Of a stretch of DNA of 27,847 nucleotides, positions 15,840 to 24,414 are shown one piece after another. The notes below the pieces were generated by a model. It was not told the origin of the DNA and made no database searches. It was given only the letters and a program-made list of their open reading frames with translations. Numbering within the stretch: the stretch's first letter is position 1; each line of letters starts with the position of its first letter. Both the position numbers and the translations under genes were made by a program. The DNA comes from Candidatus Gastranaerophilales bacterium (GTDB lineage Bacteria; Cyanobacteriota; Vampirovibrionia; Gastranaerophilales; Gastranaerophilaceae). The DNA lies in the NCBI GenBank assembly GCA_045606885.1, contig JAZUSV010000240.1, forward strand, positions 1-27,847, given 5' to 3'.

Positions 15840-17198
15840 TTAGACTTTTCTTTTAAACACGCAAACTGTTTCAACATGATGAGTATAAGGGAATAAGTCC
15901 ACTCCTTGAACAAATTGAGGAATAAAACCATCCTCAATTAAATAAGACATATCTCTTCTTAAAGTTTGAGGATTGCATGAAACATAAATTATATTTTTTG
16001 CTAATTTTGAAATAGCTTTTAAGCCTTCTTTTTCACAACCTGAGCGAGGTGGGTCAAGTATGACATAATCAAATGAGCGTTTTTGTTTTTCAAAATTTAA
16101 AAAATGTTTTTTAGCGTCACCTTCTAAAATTTCAAAATTTTCAATATTATTCATTTTAAAATTATCATAAGCCATCGAAATAGCGTTTTCATTTTCTTCA
16201 ACAAGAATGATTTTAGAAGCCTTTTCGCTAACATATATTCCAATCGCTCCAACTCCACCATAGGCGTCTAAAACAGTTGAATTTGGCTCAATATTTTCTT
16301 TTACAATATCAAATAAATTAACTGCTGACTTAGGATTTACTTGAAAAAAGCTTGTAGCTCCAATTTTATAACTTTTATCACCAAGTTTTTCAATTATATA
16401 ATCATTTCCTGCAATTTTTAAAGTATCAAAACCTAAAATTTTATTTGTTTTTTTATCGTTAAAATTAACAAAACCGCCAGCTATAGCCTTGTATTGCGAC
16501 ATTAATTTTTTGAAAAATTTAAAAATTTTACTTTCATAATCAATAAAATTTTCCTGATTACAATTCAGCACCAAAGTCAACAGAATTTCATTACTATAAG
16601 ATGAAATTCTAAAAAGAACATTTTTCAATAATCCCTTGTTGGTTTTTTCGTCATAGCAATCAAGTTCAAAATTGTCTCGAATAAATTGGGCAATATCGTT
16701 AACTATTTCAACTTGCACAGGGCAATATTTGATATTCGTTAAATCATGCGAATTTTCTTTGTAATAACCCAACAATATTCTTTTTGAATTTTTTGTTTGA
16801 GAAGCAGGATATTGCACTTTGTGGCGATAAAATTTATCATCAGGACTTTTTTTACAAGGATATATTTTATCTTCACTTACAATATTTTTAAAAATATCTT
16901 TTAAAATTTCTGTTTTTTGTTCAAGTAAAAAATCATAAGTTGCAATTTGACAATCGCAACTGCCGCAGGCATTATATAGTGCACAAAACGGTTTAATTCT
17001 ATTTGGAGAGTCAAGAATTTCAACAATTTCCCCTCGTGCAAATTTTTTGTTTAAAGAAGTTATTTTGATTTTTAATTTATCTTTCGCAAGAGAATTTTTA
17101 ACAAAAACAACAAACTGCTCATCACCAACTCGAGCAAGTCCATCTCCACCATAAACAGTTTTTTCAATAACAACTTCTAAAATATCGCCTAATTTCAT
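15840..17198 (-). CDS. rlmD: 23S rRNA (uracil-C5)-methyltransferase RlmD/RumA family
   Basis: N-terminal TRAM domain, CALYNACGSCDCQ Fe-S motif, SFFQVN, DAYGGVG, DPPR, YVSCNPQTLRRD, DLFPYTHHVE. Confidence 0.93.
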   Translation of the reverse strand: MKLGDILEVVIEKTVYGGDGLARVGDEQFVVFVKNSLAKDKLKIKITSLNKKFARGEIVEILDSPNRIKPFCALYNACGSCDCQIATYDFLLEQKTEILKDIFKNIVSEDKIYPCKKSPDDKFYRHKVQYPASQTKNSKRILLGYYKENSHDLTNIKYCPVQVEIVNDIAQFIRDNFELDCYDEKTNKGLLKNVLFRISSYSNEILLTLVLNCNQENFIDYESKIFKFFKKLMSQYKAIAGGFVNFNDKKTNKILGFDTLKIAGNDYIIEKLGDKSYKIGATSFFQVNPKSAVNLFDIVKENIEPNSTVLDAYGGVGAIGIYVSEKASKIILVEENENAISMAYDNFKMNNIENFEILEGDAKKHFLNFEKQKRSFDYVILDPPRSGCEKEGLKAISKLAKNIIYVSCNPQTLRRDMSYLIEDGFIPQFVQGVDLFPYTHHVETVCVFKRKV

Positions 17199-17521
17199 CA
17201 GTAAACAAAATACCTATCAAAATCTATATCATCAAACGAACAAAGAAGTTGATAGATTTCATCTTCTTCATCAAGTCTTTGATATTTATATTCGTCAAAT
17301 TTCCAAAATTTAGGATTTATCCCGCTACAGCGCACAATATTATGTTCAGATAATATTTTTAATTTCTTTTTAACTATATCTAAATCAAGCCCAACTCGCT
17401 TGGACAATTCAACAGCCGTAATTCCTTGGGGGTTTGAATGTTTTTCCGGAGTCAAAAACATAAGCTCTAAACCAACGAGCTTCAATGCCTTATCTTCATT
17501 TTCGTAATCATATTCAAACAT
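17198..17521 (-). CDS. Small winged-HTH protein
   Basis: GITAVELSKRVGLDLDIVKKKLKILSEHNIVRC fits an HTH plus wing; its stop overlaps the rlmD ATG. Confidence 0.65.
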   Translation of the reverse strand: MFEYDYENEDKALKLVGLELMFLTPEKHSNPQGITAVELSKRVGLDLDIVKKKLKILSEHNIVRCSGINPKFWKFDEYKYQRLDEEDEIYQLLCSFDDIDFDRYFVY

Positions 17522-17561
17522 ACTACTATAATACCCTAATTTGTGTTATTATTTAAGTATG
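17519..17561. promoter_or_regulatory. Back-to-back leaderless-type promoters
   Basis: Minus: TATTAT-AGTAGT-ATG(17521). Plus: TGtTATTAT-TTAAGT-ATG(17559). Confidence 0.5.
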
Positions 17562-17834
17562 AAAAAGATTTTTTTCATACCTTTAATATTATTGCTTTTT
17601 CAAGCGCCATCAATTGCAGTCACTTTTGGTCATTTTTATTCTGAAACTGATTATGGTTTAATAGACGGCTTTAAATGGAATTTCTTTAATCGTGAAGGAA
17701 AACCTGTTGTTCAAATTAAATCTGAAACAAAAGAAGAACAAGAAAGAATTGAAAGAGAAAAAAATAAGCCTAAAGAAGAACAAGACGACATTAGGCTTTA
17801 CAGATTTATGCTTGATAATACTGTAGCTTTTTAA
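17559..17834 (+). CDS. Small exported hypothetical protein
   Basis: MKKIFFIPLILLLFQAPSIA is signal-peptide-like. ATG 17559 preferred; the ORF track starts at TTG 17541. Confidence 0.7.
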   Translation: MKKIFFIPLILLLFQAPSIAVTFGHFYSETDYGLIDGFKWNFFNREGKPVVQIKSETKEEQERIEREKNKPKEEQDDIRLYRFMLDNTVAF

Positions 17835-20443
17835 TTATTTTTTTCTTTAACTACAGTATAAATATATGGTTTTGAAAAATATTTATTAGCAACCTCAATA
17901 ACATCGCTTTGAGATACTTCAGAAATTAGTTTTTTATATTCTTCAATTGCGTTTAAGTTATACCCTAAAACACTGTACCAATTTAAAATATTTGCTTCAT
18001 CCATATTTGTTTCTAAAGATAACAAAAATTGACCCAAAATCTTATCCTTAGCATCGTTAAGCTCTTTTGTTGTTACCATTTCTTTTTTAATAGTTTCAAT
18101 TTCTTTTAATATGCCTTGTTTTGCTTGCTCAACACTATTTGCGTTTGTTCCAATATAAGCCACAAAAGCACCGTCTAAAATGTTTGTTAATAGGTCTGAA
18201 CCAACAGCATAAGCAAGCCCTTGCTCTTCTCTTAATTTAACAAACAAACGAGAAGACATGCCATCGCCCAAAATTGCGTTAATCACGTTCAAAACCGCAA
18301 TATCTTTTCGATTGTATATGCCTGTTGTTTTAAAACCAAGCGCAAGCCAATTCGCTTGTACTTCATTTTTATATAGCATTGTTTCAATGTTTTTTTCAGG
18401 TTGATATGCACTAAAACTCATATCTTTATAGTTAAATTTTGAACCTTTTTTATTTGGTTTAATAATTTCATCTAATTTTGAAATAACATAATTGTTATCT
18501 ATATCCCCAACAACAGTTATAGCCATATTTTGAGGATTAATAACTCTTGAATAATATTCGACTATATCATCACGAGTAACTTTATTAATATTATTCAAAA
18601 CAAATGTTGAATTTTGCCCATAAATAGTATTTAAAAATGCAAGTTTTTTAAACTCGTCAAAAACATAAGAAGAAGGGCTATCGGAAACACTTTTTAGCTC
18701 TTGAATTTTTCTTTGTTTAATTTTATTTATTTCAAAATCTGAAAATACAGGGTTATTTATCACTTCGTTTAGAACAACAAATGCTTTATCTAAATTATCT
18801 TTTGTTGATTGAATAACGATTGAAAAAATATCATTAGAAGAAGAAACGCTCAATTTTATTCCATTTTCATCTAAAAAAGTTGCAAATTGAGAATTTGTAA
18901 AATTCTTAGACCCCGTTGTAACACTTGACGCTGCTAGTGCTGCGCTTGTTGGTTTCTTTTCAATTGCTTTTGAGCCTTTTATTGAAATATCAATCGCTAC
19001 AATTGAATTTGTTTTTTTCTCTTTTGTAATTAAAGTTGCACCATTATTCAACAAAACTTTTTTTACATTGTCTTTTGCTTCTAAAACCTTAACAGCACCC
19101 CAATTGTGCTTTTCTTCAACGTTAGATACTTTTTTAAACGCCATTGGACGAACCACGCTAAGTGCATATTTATCTAAAGTTAAATATTTTTTAGAAACAT
19201 TAATAATATCTTGAGTGCTTACTTTATCAATGTTTTTCAAATAATTTTCATAGTAATTAACGTCTGTTGAAAAAGTAAAATCATACCCTAAATCTTCAGA
19301 TATATTTGAAATTGATTCTCTTGAATAGTATGTGTCTGTTTTAATTTGGTTTTTTGCTTTAGTTAAAAGATTTTCATCAAATTCACCTTTTTGAATTTTT
19401 TCTAATTCTTCAAACAAAAGTTCTTTTGCACAATCTTCTTTTTGAGGTTCAAGAGTCAAATAAATATAAAACATGCCAGAATCTTTTTGAGAATAATTTC
19501 CCGCAGAAACAGACAACACATTTTGAGTTTCTTCCTTTAATTTTTGATTTAAAATTGAGCTTTTCCCACTTGTTAACATTGTTGATAAAACATCAAGAGC
19601 ATAATTATCTTGGGGTTGAGAGAACTTTGGAGCTAAGAAACCAAACATAATATGAGTTTTGTTTATATCCATGGTTTCTTCTTTAATTTCAATTTTATCC
19701 AATGATTTTATACGTGGATATTTTACTTTTGTTTGTTTTTTCTTTGTTTGTTTAAACGCATTAGCAACGCTTTTTAAGGCTTCTTCCTTATTTACATCTC
19801 CAACAATTACAGTTGTATATGCATCTGGCGTGTAAAATTTATTAAAATAATCTAAAATTTCTTCTCTTGTAACGTTTTCAATAACTTCTTTTGTGCCAAT
19901 TACGCCTCTTTTATATGGGTGATTTGATTTTGAATAAACAACCTCATACAAATTATCAAAAACTCTTCTTGAAGGACTATCTTTAACTCTTGAAATTTCT
20001 TCAATCACAACAGGGCGTTCACGCTCTAACTCTTTTCTTGGAATTAGCGGATTTTGAAGCATATCAGCATGAAGTTCAAGCGCCAAATCAAAATGAGCAG
20101 AAGGAATTTGGATATAATAATGAGTATAATCTTTGCTTGTTGCTGCGTTAACTTGCGCACCTTTTGAATCCAAAATTCTATCCATAGTTCCTGTTGGATA
20201 TTTTTGAGTTCCTTTAAAGAAAAGATGTTCTAAAAAATGACTAATACCTGTTGTTTTATCATTTTCATTGATTGAACCTGTGTTAATCCAAGTATCAATT
20301 TTAACAATATTATTGTCTTTAACTTCTTTTATGATAACTTTTTGACCTGATGGCAAAGTGTTTACGCTTAAGCCTTCTTCAAGCGCAAAAACTGTTGTAG
20401 CGCAAAAGCTCAACACTGTTAAAATTATGGCAACTTTTTTCAT
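17831..20443 (-). CDS. M16-family (pitrilysin/insulinase) zinc peptidase with signal peptide; two fused halves
   Basis: HFLEH (HxxEH) at residues 69-73, NAATSKDYTHYY, ERPVVIEE. The C-terminal half lacks HxxEH but has RLFVKLREEQGLAY. Confidence 0.93.
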   Translation of the reverse strand: MKKVAIILTVLSFCATTVFALEEGLSVNTLPSGQKVIIKEVKDNNIVKIDTWINTGSINENDKTTGISHFLEHLFFKGTQKYPTGTMDRILDSKGAQVNAATSKDYTHYYIQIPSAHFDLALELHADMLQNPLIPRKELERERPVVIEEISRVKDSPSRRVFDNLYEVVYSKSNHPYKRGVIGTKEVIENVTREEILDYFNKFYTPDAYTTVIVGDVNKEEALKSVANAFKQTKKKQTKVKYPRIKSLDKIEIKEETMDINKTHIMFGFLAPKFSQPQDNYALDVLSTMLTSGKSSILNQKLKEETQNVLSVSAGNYSQKDSGMFYIYLTLEPQKEDCAKELLFEELEKIQKGEFDENLLTKAKNQIKTDTYYSRESISNISEDLGYDFTFSTDVNYYENYLKNIDKVSTQDIINVSKKYLTLDKYALSVVRPMAFKKVSNVEEKHNWGAVKVLEAKDNVKKVLLNNGATLITKEKKTNSIVAIDISIKGSKAIEKKPTSAALAASSVTTGSKNFTNSQFATFLDENGIKLSVSSSNDIFSIVIQSTKDNLDKAFVVLNEVINNPVFSDFEINKIKQRKIQELKSVSDSPSSYVFDEFKKLAFLNTIYGQNSTFVLNNINKVTRDDIVEYYSRVINPQNMAITVVGDIDNNYVISKLDEIIKPNKKGSKFNYKDMSFSAYQPEKNIETMLYKNEVQANWLALGFKTTGIYNRKDIAVLNVINAILGDGMSSRLFVKLREEQGLAYAVGSDLLTNILDGAFVAYIGTNANSVEQAKQGILKEIETIKKEMVTTKELNDAKDKILGQFLLSLETNMDEANILNWYSVLGYNLNAIEEYKKLISEVSQSDVIEVANKYFSKPYIYTVVKEKNN

Positions 20444-20459
20444 TATTTATCCTCTGATT

Positions 20460-21569
20460 CTAAATGTCTTTCACTTTTAATTCGCAACACATCTGACAAG
20501 AGTTAAACACCTGCGAATATTTAAGATTTTTTCTAAAACAACAATATTTTGTTGAATTAATTATTTCTTTCAAACTTTGTTCTTTTATATTTCCCATTTT
20601 ATATGATAAACAAGGATAAATATCCCCCATAGGATTTATTATTGTATTTGAATATGGATACAAACAGGGATTATAAATTTCTTTTACGTCTTTATCTTTA
20701 TATTCTGTGAAAAATTTTCTAATTAAAGCAATTTCTTTTTCACTATCTGTGTTATCAAATTTTGGCGAAAAACGAATTTTTGTTTTAGAAAATCTTTTCA
20801 TTTTGCATATTTCACGATAAACCTTTTCAAACTCATCCATATCAAAATATTGCTCAATTGGATATGTTGACTTATAAAAAACTTCGTCAAATGCAGTATA
20901 TAATTTTGAATTTTGTTTTAAATTGTTATTTCTCAAAAAGGAAATAGATAAATAATCAAAACCTTTATTTGTACAATATTGATATAATTTTAAAATATCT
21001 TCCAAATTATCTTTTAAAACAATTGTTTTAATATCAATCATCAACTTAGAACCTCTTTCTCTGCATTGATGTGAAAGATTGTCTAAATTATCGACTATTG
21101 TATTAAAAATTCCTTCTTTGCCTCTATTCTTATCATGATTTTCCTTCCAACCATCTAAAGAAACACTTAAAAGCAACATTTTTGACTCAATAAAGGAATC
21201 AATTATTTTATCGTTAATTAAAACACCATTTGTAACTACATTAACTTTGCCCATTACTCTTTTTGAAGTTTCTTCCAAAATGTCACAAAAATCATTTCGG
21301 ATTAACGGTTCTCCACCAACTAAAGTTACAAAAGAATAAAATGGGATTTGATCAATTATATTAAACCAATCATTTGTACTTAATTCATCTTTAACCCTAT
21401 CTTGTCCTACATAACAATATGGGCAATTCAAATTACACAAATGAGTTAATTCAAAGAAATATCTCAAAGGTAAAATTGCTTTATTTCTTTTTTCCATAAA
21501 GCGACAGTAATTTATTGCGCCATAGGCGTTTCGGACAAAGTCAAAAATTTTAGAAGGGCTTAAATCCAT
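20460..21569 (-). CDS. Radical SAM protein with C-terminal SPASM/Twitch-type auxiliary cluster domain
   Basis: CNLNCPYC (CxxxCxxC), GGEP, TNG, VSLDG; C-terminal CLYPY...GDIYPC...GNI...CQMC. Confidence 0.9.
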   Translation of the reverse strand: MDLSPSKIFDFVRNAYGAINYCRFMEKRNKAILPLRYFFELTHLCNLNCPYCYVGQDRVKDELSTNDWFNIIDQIPFYSFVTLVGGEPLIRNDFCDILEETSKRVMGKVNVVTNGVLINDKIIDSFIESKMLLLSVSLDGWKENHDKNRGKEGIFNTIVDNLDNLSHQCRERGSKLMIDIKTIVLKDNLEDILKLYQYCTNKGFDYLSISFLRNNNLKQNSKLYTAFDEVFYKSTYPIEQYFDMDEFEKVYREICKMKRFSKTKIRFSPKFDNTDSEKEIALIRKFFTEYKDKDVKEIYNPCLYPYSNTIINPMGDIYPCLSYKMGNIKEQSLKEIINSTKYCCFRKNLKYSQVFNSCQMCCELKVKDI

Positions 21570-21581
21570 AGTTTAATTATA
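21567..21581 (-). promoter_or_regulatory. Consensus -10 (TATAAT) 6 nt before the radical SAM ATG; leaderless-type
   Basis: The minus strand reads TATAAT-TAAACT-ATG. Confidence 0.6.
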
Positions 21582-21641
21582 CTCTATTTTTCACATAAAA
21601 GTAAGAGTTATATGATATTATTAATTAAAAAAGGAGTTTAT

Positions 21642-22526
21642 ATGAACCACGAATTTAAAGTTGACTATGAAAAATGTGTAAAATGCGGTATGTGCATTGA
21701 AAATTGCCCAACAAAAGCACTATCACCCGATGATTACAAATCTCCAAAAATGGAACATGCTAAAAATTGTATGTTATGCCAACATTGTCTTGCGATTTGT
21801 CCTGTTGGCGCAATTTCAATTCAAGGAAAAAACCCTGATGAATCTGCACCAATTAAACAAATTAACAGCGACGATATTTTAAATTTAATTCAATCAAGAA
21901 GAAGTATTCGAAAATATAAGCAAGAAAATGTTGACAAAGAAACAATCCAAAAATTAAAAGATATGCTAAATTATGTTCCAACAGGAAAAAATAACCACGC
22001 TCTACATTTTTCATTCATTGAAGATATCAATGTTATGCACGATTTTAGAGCAAAAGTTAACAGCGCTATTATCAACTTTTTAAACAAAAAACCAATTAAA
22101 TATCTATCAGAAAAATTTAATAAATTTGATAAAATGAAAAACACTCTTTTAAAGGGAAATGATGTAATTTTTAGAGATGCGCCTCATCTTGTAGCTGTAA
22201 GCGCTCCAATTGACTCTTCTTGTCCGCAACAAGATGGAATTATTGCACTATCATACTTTGAATTATACGCAAATTCCTTAGGTTTGGGCACTTGTTGGTG
22301 TGGATATGCTCAAGCTGTGCTAAAATTTTTCCCTGAATTTATTGAATACTTACAAATTCCAAAAGGACACATTCCAATTTATGTTATGCTTTTTGGCTAT
22401 AAAAATATTGAATACAAAAGAACCACTCAACCAACTCCATACTCTTTTACAACAGTTGAAAGACACGAAGTTGAAAACAATATTTTCCAAAAATTAAAAA
22501 GAACTTTTTGGAACATTATAAAATAG
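21642..22526 (+). CDS. Nitroreductase family protein with N-terminal 2x[4Fe-4S] ferredoxin domain
   Basis: CVKCGMCIENCP and CMLCQHCLAICP; RRSIRKY; GLGTCWCG. ATG 21642 has an AAGGAG RBS; the ORF track starts at 21612. Confidence 0.92.
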   Translation: MNHEFKVDYEKCVKCGMCIENCPTKALSPDDYKSPKMEHAKNCMLCQHCLAICPVGAISIQGKNPDESAPIKQINSDDILNLIQSRRSIRKYKQENVDKETIQKLKDMLNYVPTGKNNHALHFSFIEDINVMHDFRAKVNSAIINFLNKKPIKYLSEKFNKFDKMKNTLLKGNDVIFRDAPHLVAVSAPIDSSCPQQDGIIALSYFELYANSLGLGTCWCGYAQAVLKFFPEFIEYLQIPKGHIPIYVMLFGYKNIEYKRTTQPTPYSFTTVERHEVENNIFQKLKRTFWNIIK

Positions 22527-22565
22527 CCTAAATTCGTTCATAAATCTTAACAACATTGAAAAACG

Positions 22566-22594
22566 CTCCCAATGATATATTATATTATTGGGAG
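22566..22594. promoter_or_regulatory. Inverted repeat CTCCCAAT-N13-ATTGGGAG overlapping an extended -10 (TGaTATATT) upstream of fliF
   Basis: Perfect 8-bp arms at 22566-22573 and 22587-22594. Confidence 0.55.
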
Positions 22595-22634
22595 TAGTTA
22601 TAACTTTGGATAAAATTAGTATTGGAATAAATCA

Positions 22635-24401
22635 GTGAACGAACACGTTAAATTATTAATTGAGGACATTAAAAAGCTTTGGCTTAAATTAGACATAAAT
22701 CAAAAATTTTCTATTGCGGCATTACTAGTAGCAATGTTTGTCGTGGGCATATTTTTCATCTTTAAAGCAACTGAACCAAATTGGACAGTTTTATATTCAG
22801 ACTTATCTAAAGAAGATGTTAAAGGAATAACCGAAAGCTTGAAAAAAAGCGGTTGGGCATACAAGCTTTCAGAAGACAAAACAGCAATTCTAGTTAGAAA
22901 TCAAGACAAAGAAGACTTAAGACTTTTTGTTGCAGAAAATGACTTAATTAAAGACACCACAGGCGGTTTTGAATTATTAGACGACCTTCAATTAGGTTCA
23001 ACTGATTTTAAAAACAAACTTACAAAACAAAGAATATTCCAAGGAGAATTAACTCGCTCTATTGAAAAAATCAATGGTGTTAAAAAAGCAAGAGTTCAAC
23101 TAGCTGAACCTGAACGCTCAATTTTTTCAGACAACGACGAAGAGCCTTCTGCAAGCGTTGTTTTAATTTTAGAACCAAGCGTTAGATTAAAAGCAAGCCA
23201 AATTCTTGCAATTAAAAATCTTGTAGCATATTCTGTTCCAAGATTAACAAACGACAGAGTGTTTATTACTGACCAATTTGGAAATGTTTTATCTGAAGAT
23301 GTTTCAAAAAATTCTTCAGACATGCAAACATATAGAACAAACTTTGAAAAAGAAGCAGCTAAAAAAATCAAAGATACTCTTGAAACCATCATGGGAAAAG
23401 ACAATGTTTCTGTTCAAGTTTCTTCCGTTATGGATTTTAATCAAACAAGAGCAACAATTGAAAGCTATACTCCAAACAAAGACACAAACGCAGGCGTTGT
23501 TTTAACTCGTCAAGGAGAAAAGGAAGTTTATTCAAACCCTAAGGATTTACCTTCCAACCAAAAACAACAACAAAACCAAGGTGCTGCTCCAACTCAAGCA
23601 CAACAACTAGCGCAAGCTCAAATGAACAATATCGCTGCAGCGCAAAACGAAAATCCGCTATTAAACCAAGCGCAAGGAGCAAGTGCAGCGCAAAATGTGG
23701 TTGAATTACCATTAAACGAAACACCTGCTAAAACAACAAATTATTACGACACTGAATACGGCAAAAATAAAGATGACGTTAAAAAATTAAGCTACGAAAA
23801 AGAAAAATCAGCAACAACTTACGCTGTGACAAAAGAAATCAAGCAAGTAGTTTATGCTCCAGGTTCAGTCATTAGAATGAGCGTTGCAGTTGCCGTAAAT
23901 AAAATTTTAACAGATGCAGAAAAAGATGAAATTAAAAATCTTGTTATGGCAGCAGCTGGTATGGATTCTTCAAGAGGCGATGTTGTAAACGTATCTAGCT
24001 TAAAATTCACAGGCATAGATAAAACTGAAGAACTAGAACAAAGCAAAAAAGAACAACAAGAATTCGTTTTAGAAGTACTAACATTCATATTTAAAAATGT
24101 TTCTCCTGTATTTATTATTCTAATTCTTGGTTTAATTGCGCTACACAACTTTGGAAATATATTCAAAGCTCCAAAACCAGAAGAAGACGAAATTATTACA
24201 GAAGAAGAAACTTTTGACAATCTTCCAAGTTTTGACCCATATTTAGCACTTCAAAACAACCAAACAAACACCGATGATTTCTATCAACAAGAAATTCAAT
24301 TTACTTCTGTTGTAGACAAAAAGAAAAGCGAAATCATCAACTCAATTCTTGAAAATCCTGAAGAAGCAGCAAGAATTCTAACATCATATATTAAAGAATA
24401 A
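22635..24401 (+). CDS. fliF: MS-ring protein FliF
   Basis: TM1, WTVLYSDLSKED, GFELLD, QGELTRSIEKINGVKKARVQLAEPERSIF, PSASVVL, RGDVVNV, TM2 and the FliG-binding C-terminal helix NPEEAARILTSYI. Confidence 0.95.
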   Translation: MNEHVKLLIEDIKKLWLKLDINQKFSIAALLVAMFVVGIFFIFKATEPNWTVLYSDLSKEDVKGITESLKKSGWAYKLSEDKTAILVRNQDKEDLRLFVAENDLIKDTTGGFELLDDLQLGSTDFKNKLTKQRIFQGELTRSIEKINGVKKARVQLAEPERSIFSDNDEEPSASVVLILEPSVRLKASQILAIKNLVAYSVPRLTNDRVFITDQFGNVLSEDVSKNSSDMQTYRTNFEKEAAKKIKDTLETIMGKDNVSVQVSSVMDFNQTRATIESYTPNKDTNAGVVLTRQGEKEVYSNPKDLPSNQKQQQNQGAAPTQAQQLAQAQMNNIAAAQNENPLLNQAQGASAAQNVVELPLNETPAKTTNYYDTEYGKNKDDVKKLSYEKEKSATTYAVTKEIKQVVYAPGSVIRMSVAVAVNKILTDAEKDEIKNLVMAAAGMDSSRGDVVNVSSLKFTGIDKTEELEQSKKEQQEFVLEVLTFIFKNVSPVFIILILGLIALHNFGNIFKAPKPEEDEIITEEETFDNLPSFDPYLALQNNQTNTDDFYQQEIQFTSVVDKKKSEIINSILENPEEAARILTSYIKE

Positions 24402-24414
24402 GAAAGACAGATAA

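Noticed and set aside
17559-17834. Small protein as RiPP precursor for the radical SAM/M16 pair
   Set aside because: It is on the opposite strand, has a Sec-type signal peptide, has no Cys or core-like motif, and has its own promoter.
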